A DNA stretch of 64,000 bases, from the NCBI GenBank assembly GCA_964451435.1, contig CAYVHW010000001.1:740-64739 (forward strand). The letters run 5' to 3'. The notes beneath the pieces were generated by a model. The model was not told where the DNA came from. It saw only the letters and a program-made list of their open reading frames with translations, and did not search any database. The position numbers were made by a program, and so were the translations under genes. The stretch comes from an uncultured Nitrososphaeria archaeon. GTDB taxonomy: Archaea > Thermoproteota > Nitrososphaeria_A > Caldarchaeales > Wolframiiraptoraceae. How positions within the stretch are numbered: the first letter of the stretch is position 1; every line of letters starts with the position of its first letter. Positions 18,151-28,249 of this stretch are shown here, piece after piece.

Positions 18151-19276
18151 TTAAGGCTTCTCCATGAGAATTATGCTCTCCCTCGCCTCACCGATCTTAA
18201 TCACCCTCCTAGTCGTCGCAACCCTCTTATTAACCGCCACGATCTTCTCGACCTTAAACCCAACTCTCTCGGCGAGATCCGCGATAAGAATATCCGAGTC
18301 GACGACCCTATCTGGAAAGACTCCGCCGGCAACTACCATCGCCACCTTACCACCATTTCGTAAAACCCTAAACATCTCCTCCAAGCATAGCTTGAGGTCG
18401 TGGAAATATGCCTTGGCAACTTCTGGAAGGTTTAGCTCGGGGAATTGGTCAGAGATGTTTTTGGGATTCAACCCGATGAACGATCTAATTGGATCGACGT
18501 GAACGTCTCCGAAGAACAATTCATACTCGATGCGATAAACTTTGGTGTATTCGATCTTGTTTAGGTATGGCGGTGACGTTATTATTGCGTCAAATGAATC
18601 GTCTTCGAGGAACTTAAGCCTCCTCGCATCCCCCAGATAGACCTCGATCTCACATGGCCTAAACCTTATCCTCTTAAGATCCTTGATCATGTTCTTCACA
18701 ACTCTTCTAAAGAATTTTCTAAATGGTGGAACAGGCTTCTTCACAACCCTCAACACCGCCCCATCCTTGTAGGCAAAAGAGACCTTCATCGCGGCATTCA
18801 TCAACGCGAGGGTGAAAAAGTTTCTGATATTGGGATCGTCTATTCTCCTAATCTCCTCCCTGAAGAAGATTATGTCCTCTAGGGAAGGCTTGAGGAAAAA
18901 TCTCTTAACGAATCCGCTAACATCTGAGAGATCATATTTCCTGAACGGACGGGATAGAAGCCAATCCCTAACCCTAATGAGCTCATCTAAATCATAATTA
19001 GCCGTCTTAACTTGAGAGACGAAGACGGCGAGGGGGGCTGCGTCAACACCAACCGCGTCTACTCCGTATTCCTTCGCGGCGAGCAGGGTCGTCCCCGACC
19101 CCACGAATGGATCTAAAATTCTCCACCCATCATCGACTCCGAACTCCTCGAAAGTCATTAAGACGAAGTCTCTTGAGAACCCCTCCTTAAAGAAAAAACC
19201 ATCGATAGACTGGATACTGTTTATTTGGGACGAATGTGACCAATTTTCCCAGATCCCATCTCTCCTCGATCACCAT
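18151..19276 (-). pseudogene. Orphan N4-cytosine/N6-adenine DNA methyltransferase with a frameshift in the 5' part
   Basis: DPFVGSGTT (motif I) and TSPPY (motif IV) lie in ORF 18151-19158. The true N-terminus (MVIEERWDLGKLVTFVPNKQYPVYRWFF) starts at 19276 in another frame and joins KEGFSRDFV at a T6 run (19193-19198). Confidence 0.75.
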
Positions 19277-19344
19277 TCCCTAATATCTCATCCATCGCGC
19301 CTCCTAATATCCATCACTATCGACGTTGAGGACATCATAGGCCA

Positions 19345-19800
19345 CTATGGCTCAGCTTTATGCTCAACGATCCTCAAGATTACGGCGGTCTCCGTATGCT
19401 TAACTCCCCGAACCCTCCTAATCTTATCGATGCACTCGTTTAGGCTCGACACGCCTCCGGCGGAGATCATCACCATCGCATCGAATCTGCCCGTGAGTTC
19501 GTAGACGGACTCAACCTCCGGGATCCTAGATATTCTCTCGATCACCTCCTCTGCGAGATCTCCTCGATCAAGGGTTAGGAATGTCACGGCGTTTATCACG
19601 TAATCCTTGCTGAGCTCTATCGTGAACCTCTTAATGACGCCTCTCTCGACCAAGAGCCTGACCCTCCTCCTAACAGCTCCCTCCGAGAGCCCTATCCGCT
19701 TACCAATCTCTATGAAAGACATCCTAGAGTTCCGCTTCAAGAGATCGATTATCCTCAGATCCACATCATCAAGCGCTCTCCGATAGGTTTCCATGGCCAA
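19345..19800 (-). CDS. Lrp/AsnC family transcriptional regulator
   Basis: LDDVDLRII, GLSEGAVRRRV helix-turn-helix, VYELTGRFD RAM domain. Confidence 0.93.
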   Translation of the reverse strand: MAMETYRRALDDVDLRIIDLLKRNSRMSFIEIGKRIGLSEGAVRRRVRLLVERGVIKRFTIELSKDYVINAVTFLTLDRGDLAEEVIERISRIPEVESVYELTGRFDAMVMISAGGVSSLNECIDKIRRVRGVKHTETAVILRIVEHKAEP

Positions 19801-19976
19801 AACAGATCCATTAATCCCATAAAAACATAGCGTCCATAATCAAGATCTTAGAAGATTCCTCCAGCATTTTCTCTGGAGCTGAAAACCGTGTTTCTCGTCA
19901 ATAGATTAGATGGCTCGCCATAGATCTCAATAAATTATGTACGGATAGTATTTATCCTGCATACCGTGACCTCGAT

Positions 19977-21020
19977 GTGGAATTGGATCTAACCAACATG
20001 GTGATCGTCATAGGATACCTGTTATCCTTCTTGATGGCCATAGCGCTGGGAGGAAACGATGCGGCCACTCCCTGCGACACCTCGGTCGGCGCGAGGGTTA
20101 TATCGGTTAGGAGGGCGGTATTGCTCTTCGCGGTCTTCACGAGCGTCGGAGCATTGACTCAAGGATATATGGTGATGAAGACCATTGGGAGGGGAATAGT
20201 TCCAGCGATAGATCTTCTAGGGGTTTTGGTGACGATCTCCGTCGCCTTCAGCTGGATAATGTTCTGCAACTACTTTGGGCTTGAGATATCTGTGACCCAC
20301 TCAATAATAGGAGCTGTCATCGGATATGGTTTTGCATCGTATGGGTTGAGTGGGATTAATTGGGGACTCGTGGAGAAGGTGATCATAAGCTGGATCTCAT
20401 CACCCTTCCTCGCCATGATCCTAGCATACCTGTTCTACAAGCTGATAATTCACGCATTTAAGGAGAATAATTCTATAGCGTCAAGGGTTATGCCAACCCT
20501 GCTGATAATGTCGCTATGCTACTCAGCATACGCATTCGGGACAAACGATATAGCAAATTCCACAGGGGTCTACGTGACGGTCAGCGAGATAATCTTCGGC
20601 GGAGCTCCAGAATCCAACGTCATGTTCATCCTAGCGATAATTGGATGCGTCGGGGTGGCCATCGGAGGACTCGTCCTAGGAGCTAGGGTGATCGGAACCG
20701 TCGCCTTCAAGATAACCAAACTCGACCCGATATCAGGCTTCGCCGCAGAGCTCTCAAATGCTCTCGTAGTCCACATGTTCACGACGATACCATACTTTTT
20801 ATTCGGATATGGGATACCGGTCTCCACATCATTGGCCGGCGTGGGATCGGTGATAGGAGTCGGCCTCGCCATGTATAGATCTGCTGGAATAAATAAGAGA
20901 ACTATAATGAGGCTGTTTACGGCGTGGGTTGCCTCCGTAGTCGCGACGGCGTTAGCGAGCTATATCCTCTACTCAATAATCTTCCCGATAACTGGGCCAA
21001 TACTTAAACCAAAACCTTAA
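19977..21020 (+). CDS. PiT family inorganic phosphate transporter
   Basis: GGNDAA and GTNDIAN signatures, SVTHSIIG, GIPVSTS. Confidence 0.92.
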   Translation: MELDLTNMVIVIGYLLSFLMAIALGGNDAATPCDTSVGARVISVRRAVLLFAVFTSVGALTQGYMVMKTIGRGIVPAIDLLGVLVTISVAFSWIMFCNYFGLEISVTHSIIGAVIGYGFASYGLSGINWGLVEKVIISWISSPFLAMILAYLFYKLIIHAFKENNSIASRVMPTLLIMSLCYSAYAFGTNDIANSTGVYVTVSEIIFGGAPESNVMFILAIIGCVGVAIGGLVLGARVIGTVAFKITKLDPISGFAAELSNALVVHMFTTIPYFLFGYGIPVSTSLAGVGSVIGVGLAMYRSAGINKRTIMRLFTAWVASVVATALASYILYSIIFPITGPILKPKP

Positions 21021-21074
21021 TTATGTCTCACAATATGTCACAGCTGGGTGGTTTAGCTGTTTAAGGGGCATCCT

Positions 21075-21737
21075 ATGATTTGGATAGGGAGAAGGAAAGA
21101 GCGTGAGGTCTTAAAACTCTCAAAGAGACATTTTGAGAAGGTGTTGGAGCTCGCAAAGTCATTTAGACAATATGTGACCTTATATGCTGATTGTAGGATG
21201 GATGAGGCATCACGACTATATGAGAACTCGATATTCCAGCTAGAGAGGCAGGCTGACGACCAGAAAGAGAAGATCCTCTTAGAGGTCTCTAAGGGACCCT
21301 TCCACCCAATCGATAGGGAAGACGTTATCCGACTGGTCTTAACGATGGATGATATAGCGGCGAATCTGAAGTCGGCTGCGAGAAAACTGCTCTACACAGA
21401 TCCATGCGATGCTCCCAACGATATTAGAAACGACCTCCTCAGGCTCACAGACCTTTTAGTCGAGCTCGTCTTAAAGCTTGGAGAAGCCTTAGACGCCCTG
21501 ATAAGCGGTTCAAAGGAGGTGTTAAGGCTCGCCGACGCGGTTGAGCGCAAGGAGGAGGAGATAGATGAATTTAGACATGGCCTGATAGCTAGGATCTTGA
21601 CCTGGGGAGACTTCGCCAAAAAGCTCAGCAATGTGCTCATGTTGAAAGAGGTCGCCGAGAACATCGAGAATGCATCGGATAAGGGTGAAGATGTCGCAGA
21701 CCTCATCAGGACTATAGCGATAGCAGGCTCCCTATAG
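21075..21737 (+). CDS. DUF47 / PhoU-like phosphate transport accessory protein
   Basis: ERQADD, PIDRED, EEEID and ENASDKGED motifs; next to the PiT gene. Confidence 0.9.
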   Translation: MIWIGRRKEREVLKLSKRHFEKVLELAKSFRQYVTLYADCRMDEASRLYENSIFQLERQADDQKEKILLEVSKGPFHPIDREDVIRLVLTMDDIAANLKSAARKLLYTDPCDAPNDIRNDLLRLTDLLVELVLKLGEALDALISGSKEVLRLADAVERKEEEIDEFRHGLIARILTWGDFAKKLSNVLMLKEVAENIENASDKGEDVADLIRTIAIAGSL

Positions 21738-21775
21738 CGAGCTCGCCCAAAGCACGTCAATATAGGTTAAATGAG

Positions 21776-21860
21776 CGCGGCGGGAGGGATTTGAACCCTC
21801 GAGGCCCAATGGGCCACAGGCTCTCCAGGCCTGCCCCCTACCAGGCTAGGGTACCGCCGC
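21776..21860 (-). tRNA. tRNA-Ser(GGA), intronless, CCA not encoded
   Basis: Acceptor stem GCGGCGG/CCGCCGC plus discriminator G; anticodon arm CAGGC-CTGGAGA-GCCTG; long variable arm GGCCC/GGGCC; T arm GAGGG-TTCAAAT-CCCTC. Confidence 0.95.
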
Positions 21861-21979
21861 TCACTGCATTGACTTCATGAGAGTTTTCTGTGTTCCCTCA
21901 ATTAAAGATTATCTGGAGATGGGGCCGTGGCTGATGTTTAGTTAAGGTTTAAGAAATTGACCATGGACATTATCTAGGT

Positions 21980-22819
21980 ATGTCCGCAAGGGAGCCCAAA
22001 TCTGGAGAGGAGTTCTATCATGTTAGGGTTAAGCCCGGAGATATATCCGGATACGTCCTATTGCCGGGAGATCCTGGAAGGGTTCCGATAATAGCTGAAC
22101 TCTGGGATGAGGGATGGGAGGTCTCCTTCCACCGAGAGTTTAGGGTCTGGTCTGGGAAGATAGATGAAAAGCCTATCTCAGCCTGCTCAACCGGAATCGG
22201 CTGTCCCTCAACCGCGATAGCGATCGAGGAACTCGCTAGGGCGGGAGCGCATACGTTTATTAGGGTTGGGAGCACGGGCGCGATACAGCCTGAGATAGAG
22301 CTGGGGGATCTGATAATCTCCGTTGCGGCGATGAAGCTTGAGGGAACCAGCCTCCAATATGCTCCATCAACCTATCCAGCACACGCGGATTACGAGGTAG
22401 TCTTGGCCTTAATCGAGGCGGCAGAATCCCTAAACCTAAGATATCATCTGGGCGTGACCGCCTCAACCGATAGCTTCTACCTAGGTCAAAGTAGGCCGGG
22501 CTTCAGGGGATATGAATGGAGTTATTCAAAGCATCTGTTGGATGATTTGAGGGCTATGGGAATCCTAAACTTCGAGATGGAGACATCCACCCTCTTCACC
22601 CTCGCATCCATCTACAAGCTTAGAGCAGGCTCAGTCTGCGCAGTCTTCGCGAACCGAGTCAAGGACACCTTCAAGGTGGTTGGGGAGAGAGAGGCCGCGA
22701 AGACCGCGGTTGAGGCCGTGAAGATTCTTCAAGAGTGGGATGAGCTCAAGGAGAGAAGGAGGAAGAAGAGAATCTACCCAACCCTTCTCAAGGAGTGGTT
22801 GCAGAGCAGGAGAAAATAA
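21980..22819 (+). CDS. udp: Uridine phosphorylase
   Basis: LLPGDPGR, HREF, STGIGCPS, IRVGSTG, DSFYLGQ-R and NFEME motifs. Confidence 0.92.
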   Translation: MSAREPKSGEEFYHVRVKPGDISGYVLLPGDPGRVPIIAELWDEGWEVSFHREFRVWSGKIDEKPISACSTGIGCPSTAIAIEELARAGAHTFIRVGSTGAIQPEIELGDLIISVAAMKLEGTSLQYAPSTYPAHADYEVVLALIEAAESLNLRYHLGVTASTDSFYLGQSRPGFRGYEWSYSKHLLDDLRAMGILNFEMETSTLFTLASIYKLRAGSVCAVFANRVKDTFKVVGEREAAKTAVEAVKILQEWDELKERRRKKRIYPTLLKEWLQSRRK

Positions 22820-22888
22820 GCTTAATTAGTAAGGTTCATTAGACTAGATCCGTGAGGAGTTGATGAAGTCGATCGGAGGTAGGCTTGA

Positions 22889-24523
22889 ATGAGCGTTGTG
22901 AAGAATGCGCTTAAAGTATTTGGTGGGAAGAGTGATGAGAAGGAGTTCAGAGGGTTTAGGAAGATGAGAGGACCTCCACCCAAGAAGGGGGAGATCTTGG
23001 TCAAGGCGGAGAACGTCGTCAAGGGATTCCCGGGTATCTGGGAGCATCTAATACTCGATCACATAAACTTCGATGTTAGGGCTGGAGAGGTTCACGCGCT
23101 TCTAGGAGAGAATGGGGCTGGGAAGACCGTCCTCGCAAACATCCTCTCAGGCTTCTACGTCATAACATCCGGTCAAATCTATGTTAGGGGCAAGCCCGTC
23201 AAGTTCAGCTCTCCTAGAGACGCGTTGGAACATGGGATAGCCATGGTCCACCAAGAATTCACCCTAGTCCCAACCCTAACCGTGGCTGAAAACATCGCAT
23301 TAGGTCTAAAGGAATATGGTTCACTGAGCTTCCCACTCAAGGAGATTGAGAGAAGGCTTGCGGAGCTCTCAGAGCGCTATGGTCTCAAGGTCGATCCAAA
23401 GGCCAGGGTTGAGGACCTATCCGCTGGAGAAAAGCAGAGAGCCGAGATTATGAAGGTATTGTATTGGGAGCCAGATGTATTGATCTTGGACGAGCCGACA
23501 TCCATGCTAACCCCACATGAGGTCGATGAGTTATTCAAGGTCTTGAGGGGTATGGCGGCTGAGAATAAGGGAGTAGTCTTCATAACCCATAGGATCGAGG
23601 AGGTGATGAAGGTCGCAGATCGAGTAACCGTCCTAAGGCTTGGAAAGTTCATGGGAACAAAGCCCATCCAAGAGACGACCAAGGAGGAGCTGCTGAGATT
23701 AATGATAGGAGAGGTTGAGCCTTTCAGACCCGTTAGAAAACCCGTGAAAAGCGAGAGACCTGTGCTGGAGGTGAGAGATCTTCACGTAATTGGGAGGGAG
23801 GGAGTCGAGGCCGTTAGAGGCGTAACATTCACGGTCAGGGAGGGAGAGATATTCGGGATAGCGGGGGTTGCTGGGAACGGACAGAGAGAGCTCGTCGAGG
23901 CATTAACCGGATTGAGGAAGGTGAAGAGCGGTAAAATAATAGTCATGGGCAAGGATGTGACGAACAAGTCTCCGAGGGAGTTGGCCAAGCTCGGCGTCAG
24001 ACACATACCAGAGGATAGGAGGGGGGTTGGCGTGGCCGAACCCATGACATTTGGAGAGAATATAATGATGAGAGATTATTGTTCGCCGCCATTCTCAAAG
24101 AACGGCATAATAGACTACGATTTCGTTACGAGGCACGCGAAAGAACTCATCAAGAAGTTTGAGATACTCACCCCCGACATCTGGGATACAGAGGTGAGGA
24201 TATTATCAGGTGGAAACATCCAGAGACTCATACTCGCGAGAGAGCTATGGGTCGAGCCAAAGCTCTTGATAGCCTTCCACCCAACCTACGGATTAGACAT
24301 GAAGGCGTTGACCCACACACATAAACTCTTCATGAGGCTTAGGGAGAAGGGATCCGCCATCCTCTTAGTCTCCGAGGACCTAGAGGAGGTAATGTCCTTA
24401 AGCGATAGAATAGCCGTGATGTTCAGAGGCAAGTTCATGGGCGTGGTCGACGCATCTAAGGCGACCGTTGAGGAGATAGGGATGATGATGGCTGGAATGA
24501 AGCCTAAAGGAGTCTCAGCTTAA
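22889..24523 (+). CDS. Nucleoside (CUT2) ABC transporter, dual-domain ATPase
   Basis: GENGAGKT, MVHQEF, GIAGVAGNGQ, IPEDR and LSGGNIQR motifs. Confidence 0.92.
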   Translation: MSVVKNALKVFGGKSDEKEFRGFRKMRGPPPKKGEILVKAENVVKGFPGIWEHLILDHINFDVRAGEVHALLGENGAGKTVLANILSGFYVITSGQIYVRGKPVKFSSPRDALEHGIAMVHQEFTLVPTLTVAENIALGLKEYGSLSFPLKEIERRLAELSERYGLKVDPKARVEDLSAGEKQRAEIMKVLYWEPDVLILDEPTSMLTPHEVDELFKVLRGMAAENKGVVFITHRIEEVMKVADRVTVLRLGKFMGTKPIQETTKEELLRLMIGEVEPFRPVRKPVKSERPVLEVRDLHVIGREGVEAVRGVTFTVREGEIFGIAGVAGNGQRELVEALTGLRKVKSGKIIVMGKDVTNKSPRELAKLGVRHIPEDRRGVGVAEPMTFGENIMMRDYCSPPFSKNGIIDYDFVTRHAKELIKKFEILTPDIWDTEVRILSGGNIQRLILARELWVEPKLLIAFHPTYGLDMKALTHTHKLFMRLREKGSAILLVSEDLEEVMSLSDRIAVMFRGKFMGVVDASKATVEEIGMMMAGMKPKGVSA

Positions 24524-24546
24524 TGCTCCTCATCCAAATATAGTCG

Positions 24547-24560
24547 CAAAGAATTTATAT
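24547..24560 (+). promoter_or_regulatory. Internal BRE-TATA promoter before the BMP gene
   Basis: CAAAGAATTTATAT, 20-30 nt before the candidate starts at 24582 and 24591. Confidence 0.5.
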
Positions 24561-24581
24561 CAGAAGCATAATAGAATACCT

Positions 24582-26000
24582 GTGAATCGTATGAGGCGAA
24601 ATACTAGTGCAATCACCAAAACAGCAGCCATTATCATCGCCGTTATAATCATCGTGGCGGGAGTCGGCGGATTCCTATACTGGTGGACGAGGCTTGGTCC
24701 AGCCGCTCCAAGGAAGATTAAGATCGCCGTCGTATCGGACATAGGAGGCAGAGGAGATCTATCGTTCAACGATATGGCGTTTAAAGGCGGAGAAGAGGCT
24801 GAGAAAGACTTCGGCGTAGAGATGATTGAATTGATAAGCAAGACTGAAGCGGACTATGTTCCAAACCTCGAGACGGCTGCGAAAGATCCTGATGTAAAGT
24901 TAATCGTCGGAGTTGGATTCCTATTAAGCGATGCACTCGTTAAGGTTGCGATGAAGTATCCTGATAAGAACTTCGCTGGAATAGACACCTATTCCCAATC
25001 AATAGTTAAGGACAAGTATCCAGACAAGTATCCCTTGCCAAACCTGATGGACATAACCTTCGAGGAACATAAGGGAAGCGCATTGGTGGGCGCAATCGGA
25101 TGCCTTCTAGCAGCATACTATAACGAGAAGGGCGGAAACTATCCATATATTGGAGGAGTATTCGGGATAGAGATACCGGTTCTATGGAAATTCGAGATAG
25201 GATATAAGTGGGGATGCGACTGGGCGCTAAAGTGGTATGAGAAGAAATTTGGACATAAGGCTCCGATAATCGGAGAAGACTCAAGATATGGATCCGGACC
25301 GAATTGGAAGGATGGAATGTATTGTCCATCGGAGACCCCTGGAGAATGCTGGTATAAGGGTAGAGTCCTATGGACCTATACAGGAACCTTCAGCGACATA
25401 ACCAAGGGATATGAGGCCGCCAAGCCCATGTATGCTAAGGGAGCTATCGCCGTCTACAACATAGCTGGGCCACTGGGGCTTGGAATAAACCGCGCTGTTA
25501 AGGAGATCGCCGAGGCCAAGGGATTGAAGATGGGTCCACCGTTCTGGATTGGAGTAGACGCTGACCAAGACTGGATTAATCCTGGATTCGTCATTGTTAG
25601 CATGGTTAAGAGAGTTGATCGAGGAGTCTACTATGCGACGAAGCTGACCGTGGAAGGGAAGTTCAGGGAGGTCGTGAAGGAGTATAATGGAGTCATGACC
25701 TTAGGAATTGGAACGAAGATCCTCGGAACATTAATGGAAGGAATCTCCGCGAGCACCCTTAAGGACTTAGACGAGTTCGTTGAGATGGGAGTTAGAGCCG
25801 AGAAGCTAACCGGAAAGAAGGTCTTGCCGATGCCTCCGGATCAGATAAAGGAGACCGTTAAGAAGATGCGTGAATCGGTCGCGCCATGGATCTGGGAGGC
25901 CGCGAAGGAGCTTGAGGACAAGATAAGGAATGGTGAAGTAGAGGTTCCATGCGTCTTCACAAAGGAGAAGATAGATTATTGGAGGAACATCCTTGGCTAA
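24582..26000 (+). CDS. BMP/PnrA family nucleoside-binding protein
   Basis: GGRGDLSFND, VGVGF, IGVDADQDW and SMVKRVD motifs; N-terminal anchor. Confidence 0.92.
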   Translation: MNRMRRNTSAITKTAAIIIAVIIIVAGVGGFLYWWTRLGPAAPRKIKIAVVSDIGGRGDLSFNDMAFKGGEEAEKDFGVEMIELISKTEADYVPNLETAAKDPDVKLIVGVGFLLSDALVKVAMKYPDKNFAGIDTYSQSIVKDKYPDKYPLPNLMDITFEEHKGSALVGAIGCLLAAYYNEKGGNYPYIGGVFGIEIPVLWKFEIGYKWGCDWALKWYEKKFGHKAPIIGEDSRYGSGPNWKDGMYCPSETPGECWYKGRVLWTYTGTFSDITKGYEAAKPMYAKGAIAVYNIAGPLGLGINRAVKEIAEAKGLKMGPPFWIGVDADQDWINPGFVIVSMVKRVDRGVYYATKLTVEGKFREVVKEYNGVMTLGIGTKILGTLMEGISASTLKDLDEFVEMGVRAEKLTGKKVLPMPPDQIKETVKKMRESVAPWIWEAAKELEDKIRNGEVEVPCVFTKEKIDYWRNILG

Positions 26001-26009
26001 AAACATCCC

Positions 26010-26022
26010 TTTATCTTTTTTA
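26010..26022 (+). terminator. T-rich archaeal terminator or attenuator after the BMP gene
   Basis: TTTATCTTTTTTA directly after the stop codon. Confidence 0.45.
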
Positions 26023-26065
26023 TCCAACCAATTCCAAATATACTTAAATTAACTGAGGTGAGAAG

Positions 26066-27118
26066 TTGGCCTCAGCCGCCATTCAAAAGTTTAAACGACC
26101 TTTACTCGAATCTCTACTCGCGATAATCGTGGGCTTCATCGTCGGCGCAATCGTGATGGCCATGTTCGGCTACGATCCAATCGCCGCATACTCGGCACTC
26201 CTCGTCGGATCAATTGGATCACTTGATGGGATATGTGAAAGCTTGGCTAACGCCACGCCACTGATGCTCACTGGATTAACCTTCGCCATCGGAATGAAGT
26301 CCGGATACTTTAACGTAGGCGCTGAAGGACAAGCGTATCTCGGCGCAATAGGAGCGATTATGATTGGAAGCGTAATACATCTGCCATATGGAATCCATCT
26401 AGCAGCAGCGACGCTCTTCGCCATGTTCATGGGGGCAATATGGTCTCTACCGGTTTCGGCGTTAAAGGCTTGGAGAGGAGTTCACGAAGTAGTATCGACG
26501 ATAATGTTGAACTGGATAGCATTATTCTTCGTCAGATACTTGATAGAATATCACTACTATGAGCCTGGAAGAGCTGAGAGAGCTATGCCCGTCTTGCCAA
26601 CCGCTCGCTACCAAGTTTTGGGAGCATCCCTAACGACCGTGATCTTCGTGGCAGTGGCTTTCATGTTCTTCGCATACTTCCTCTTATGGAGGACCACCCT
26701 AGGATATGAGCTTAGATTAACTGGAAGCAATCCGGAAGCCGCGAGATACATCGGAATAAACTCGACGAGAGTAATATTCCTAAACTTCTTCCTTGGAGGA
26801 TTGGCGGCGGGATTAGCTGGGGCAACACAGGTTTTAGGAAGACCTCCTTCATGGACCATTTACAAAACTCTTGGAAACGTCATAAATTTGGGATTCGATG
26901 GAATAGGAGCAGCTCTAATAGGTAGAAATCACCCCGTGGGAATAATATTTGCCTCGATATTCCTCGGAATGTTATCATATGGAGCGAGGTTCATGATGTA
27001 TCTCGGAGTGGATCCAGATCTAACTAGGGCGATAAACGGGGTCATAATCATAGCCCTATCCCTACCAGAACTCTATAGAATTATTAGGAGGTTCATAGTT
27101 GGGAGGGAAGCTGAATGA
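26066..27118 (+). CDS. Nucleoside ABC transporter permease 1
   Basis: FNVGAEGQ, HEVVSTIMLNWIA and GFDGI...LIGRNHP motifs. Confidence 0.92.
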   Translation: MASAAIQKFKRPLLESLLAIIVGFIVGAIVMAMFGYDPIAAYSALLVGSIGSLDGICESLANATPLMLTGLTFAIGMKSGYFNVGAEGQAYLGAIGAIMIGSVIHLPYGIHLAAATLFAMFMGAIWSLPVSALKAWRGVHEVVSTIMLNWIALFFVRYLIEYHYYEPGRAERAMPVLPTARYQVLGASLTTVIFVAVAFMFFAYFLLWRTTLGYELRLTGSNPEAARYIGINSTRVIFLNFFLGGLAAGLAGATQVLGRPPSWTIYKTLGNVINLGFDGIGAALIGRNHPVGIIFASIFLGMLSYGARFMMYLGVDPDLTRAINGVIIIALSLPELYRIIRRFIVGREAE

Positions 27119-28107
27119 AGATTCCGAAAAAGCTTAGCTGGTTCATAATAGGAGTCGCGGCCCTAATAGGAATCCTCTTCTCTCTAAGCATGGTTGGAAT
27201 AGAGCCGAAAGACTTACTCGAGACAACGTTCATGGCGATGACTCCCCTAATCCTAGCCGCCGTGGGTGAATGCCTGGATGAGAAGGCTGGAGTGGTTAAC
27301 ATAGGACTTGAGGGAATCTTCCTAATCACGGCGGTGACAGGCGTATATTGGGCGGAGATAATTGGAGACGGTGTAGGCGGATTGATAATCGGCGGAGCTA
27401 TCTTGGGAGGACTCATAGGATTATTATTCGGGATCATAAGCACCTATGGTAAAGCAGCTCAGGTAGTCGCGGGAATGGGTCTAAATGTCTTCGGCTTAGG
27501 ATTCGTCCCATTCCTTATGGTCGCTTTATGGGCATTTCCAGGAATCCATATGTTCGATCCAAAGCTCGTCATAAGAACCATAGACATACCGGTTGGAGGA
27601 GAGATCTTCAGGCTAAGCCCCATAACGGTCTTCGCGATAATAGTGGTGATAGTCGTCGATATAATCCTCTACCACACGCTTCTAGGTCTTAGGATCCAAG
27701 CAGCTGGAGAGAAGCCGGAGGCCATAGACGTGGCTGGCGTGAACGTTAATCACATCAGGATCTTGGCCAGTACCGTCTGCGGAGCTTTAACCGGTATTGG
27801 AGGAGCGTTCATGCCCTTAGGGTGGTTCGGCGGATTGGTCAAGGAGATAACGGCTGGAAGGGGATTCATAGCTTTGGCGGCGGTCGTCTTCTCAGGTCTA
27901 GACCCCATCCTGGCGGCAGTCTCATCATTCATCTTCGGATTCTCCGAGGGATTAGCCTTCACCGTCATGATAACCCCCGGGGTTAAGGAGGTCGTCCCAC
28001 ACTACTTCATCAAGATGATACCATATATCGCGACCATAGTCGCCCTAGCCATCGTAGGCTCCAAGAGATTTCCAAAGGCACTCGCCAAGCCATACATCCG
28101 AGAATAA
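27115..28107 (+). CDS. Nucleoside ABC transporter permease 2
   Basis: EKAGVVNIGLEG, GEKPEA, TAGRGFIALAA and PKALAKPY motifs. Confidence 0.92.
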   Translation: MKIPKKLSWFIIGVAALIGILFSLSMVGIEPKDLLETTFMAMTPLILAAVGECLDEKAGVVNIGLEGIFLITAVTGVYWAEIIGDGVGGLIIGGAILGGLIGLLFGIISTYGKAAQVVAGMGLNVFGLGFVPFLMVALWAFPGIHMFDPKLVIRTIDIPVGGEIFRLSPITVFAIIVVIVVDIILYHTLLGLRIQAAGEKPEAIDVAGVNVNHIRILASTVCGALTGIGGAFMPLGWFGGLVKEITAGRGFIALAAVVFSGLDPILAAVSSFIFGFSEGLAFTVMITPGVKEVVPHYFIKMIPYIATIVALAIVGSKRFPKALAKPYIRE

Positions 28108-28170
28108 CCTCGATTTTTCCAAAACATCTCCTTCCATCGATTTAGAATCCTTCTACGAGTTTAGAACTTG

Positions 28171-28184
28171 GAAAACCTTATAAG
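28171..28184 (+). promoter_or_regulatory. BRE-TATA promoter of the glmS operon
   Basis: GAAAACCTTATAAG in the intergenic region. Confidence 0.5.
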
Positions 28185-28249
28185 GGCTTTAACTCTCTAG
28201 AAGAAAGTGAGATTAACATTAACCACCATCTCGGATTGGATGTGATAAA

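Noticed and set aside
21776..21860. tRNA-Ser as an integration site for a mobile element
   Set aside because: No integrase and no duplicated tRNA end were seen in the window.
22850..22895. Possible C/D box sRNA (TTGATGA) before the nucleoside ATPase
   Set aside because: No properly spaced CTGA D or D' boxes; the region is explained by a promoter and Shine-Dalgarno.
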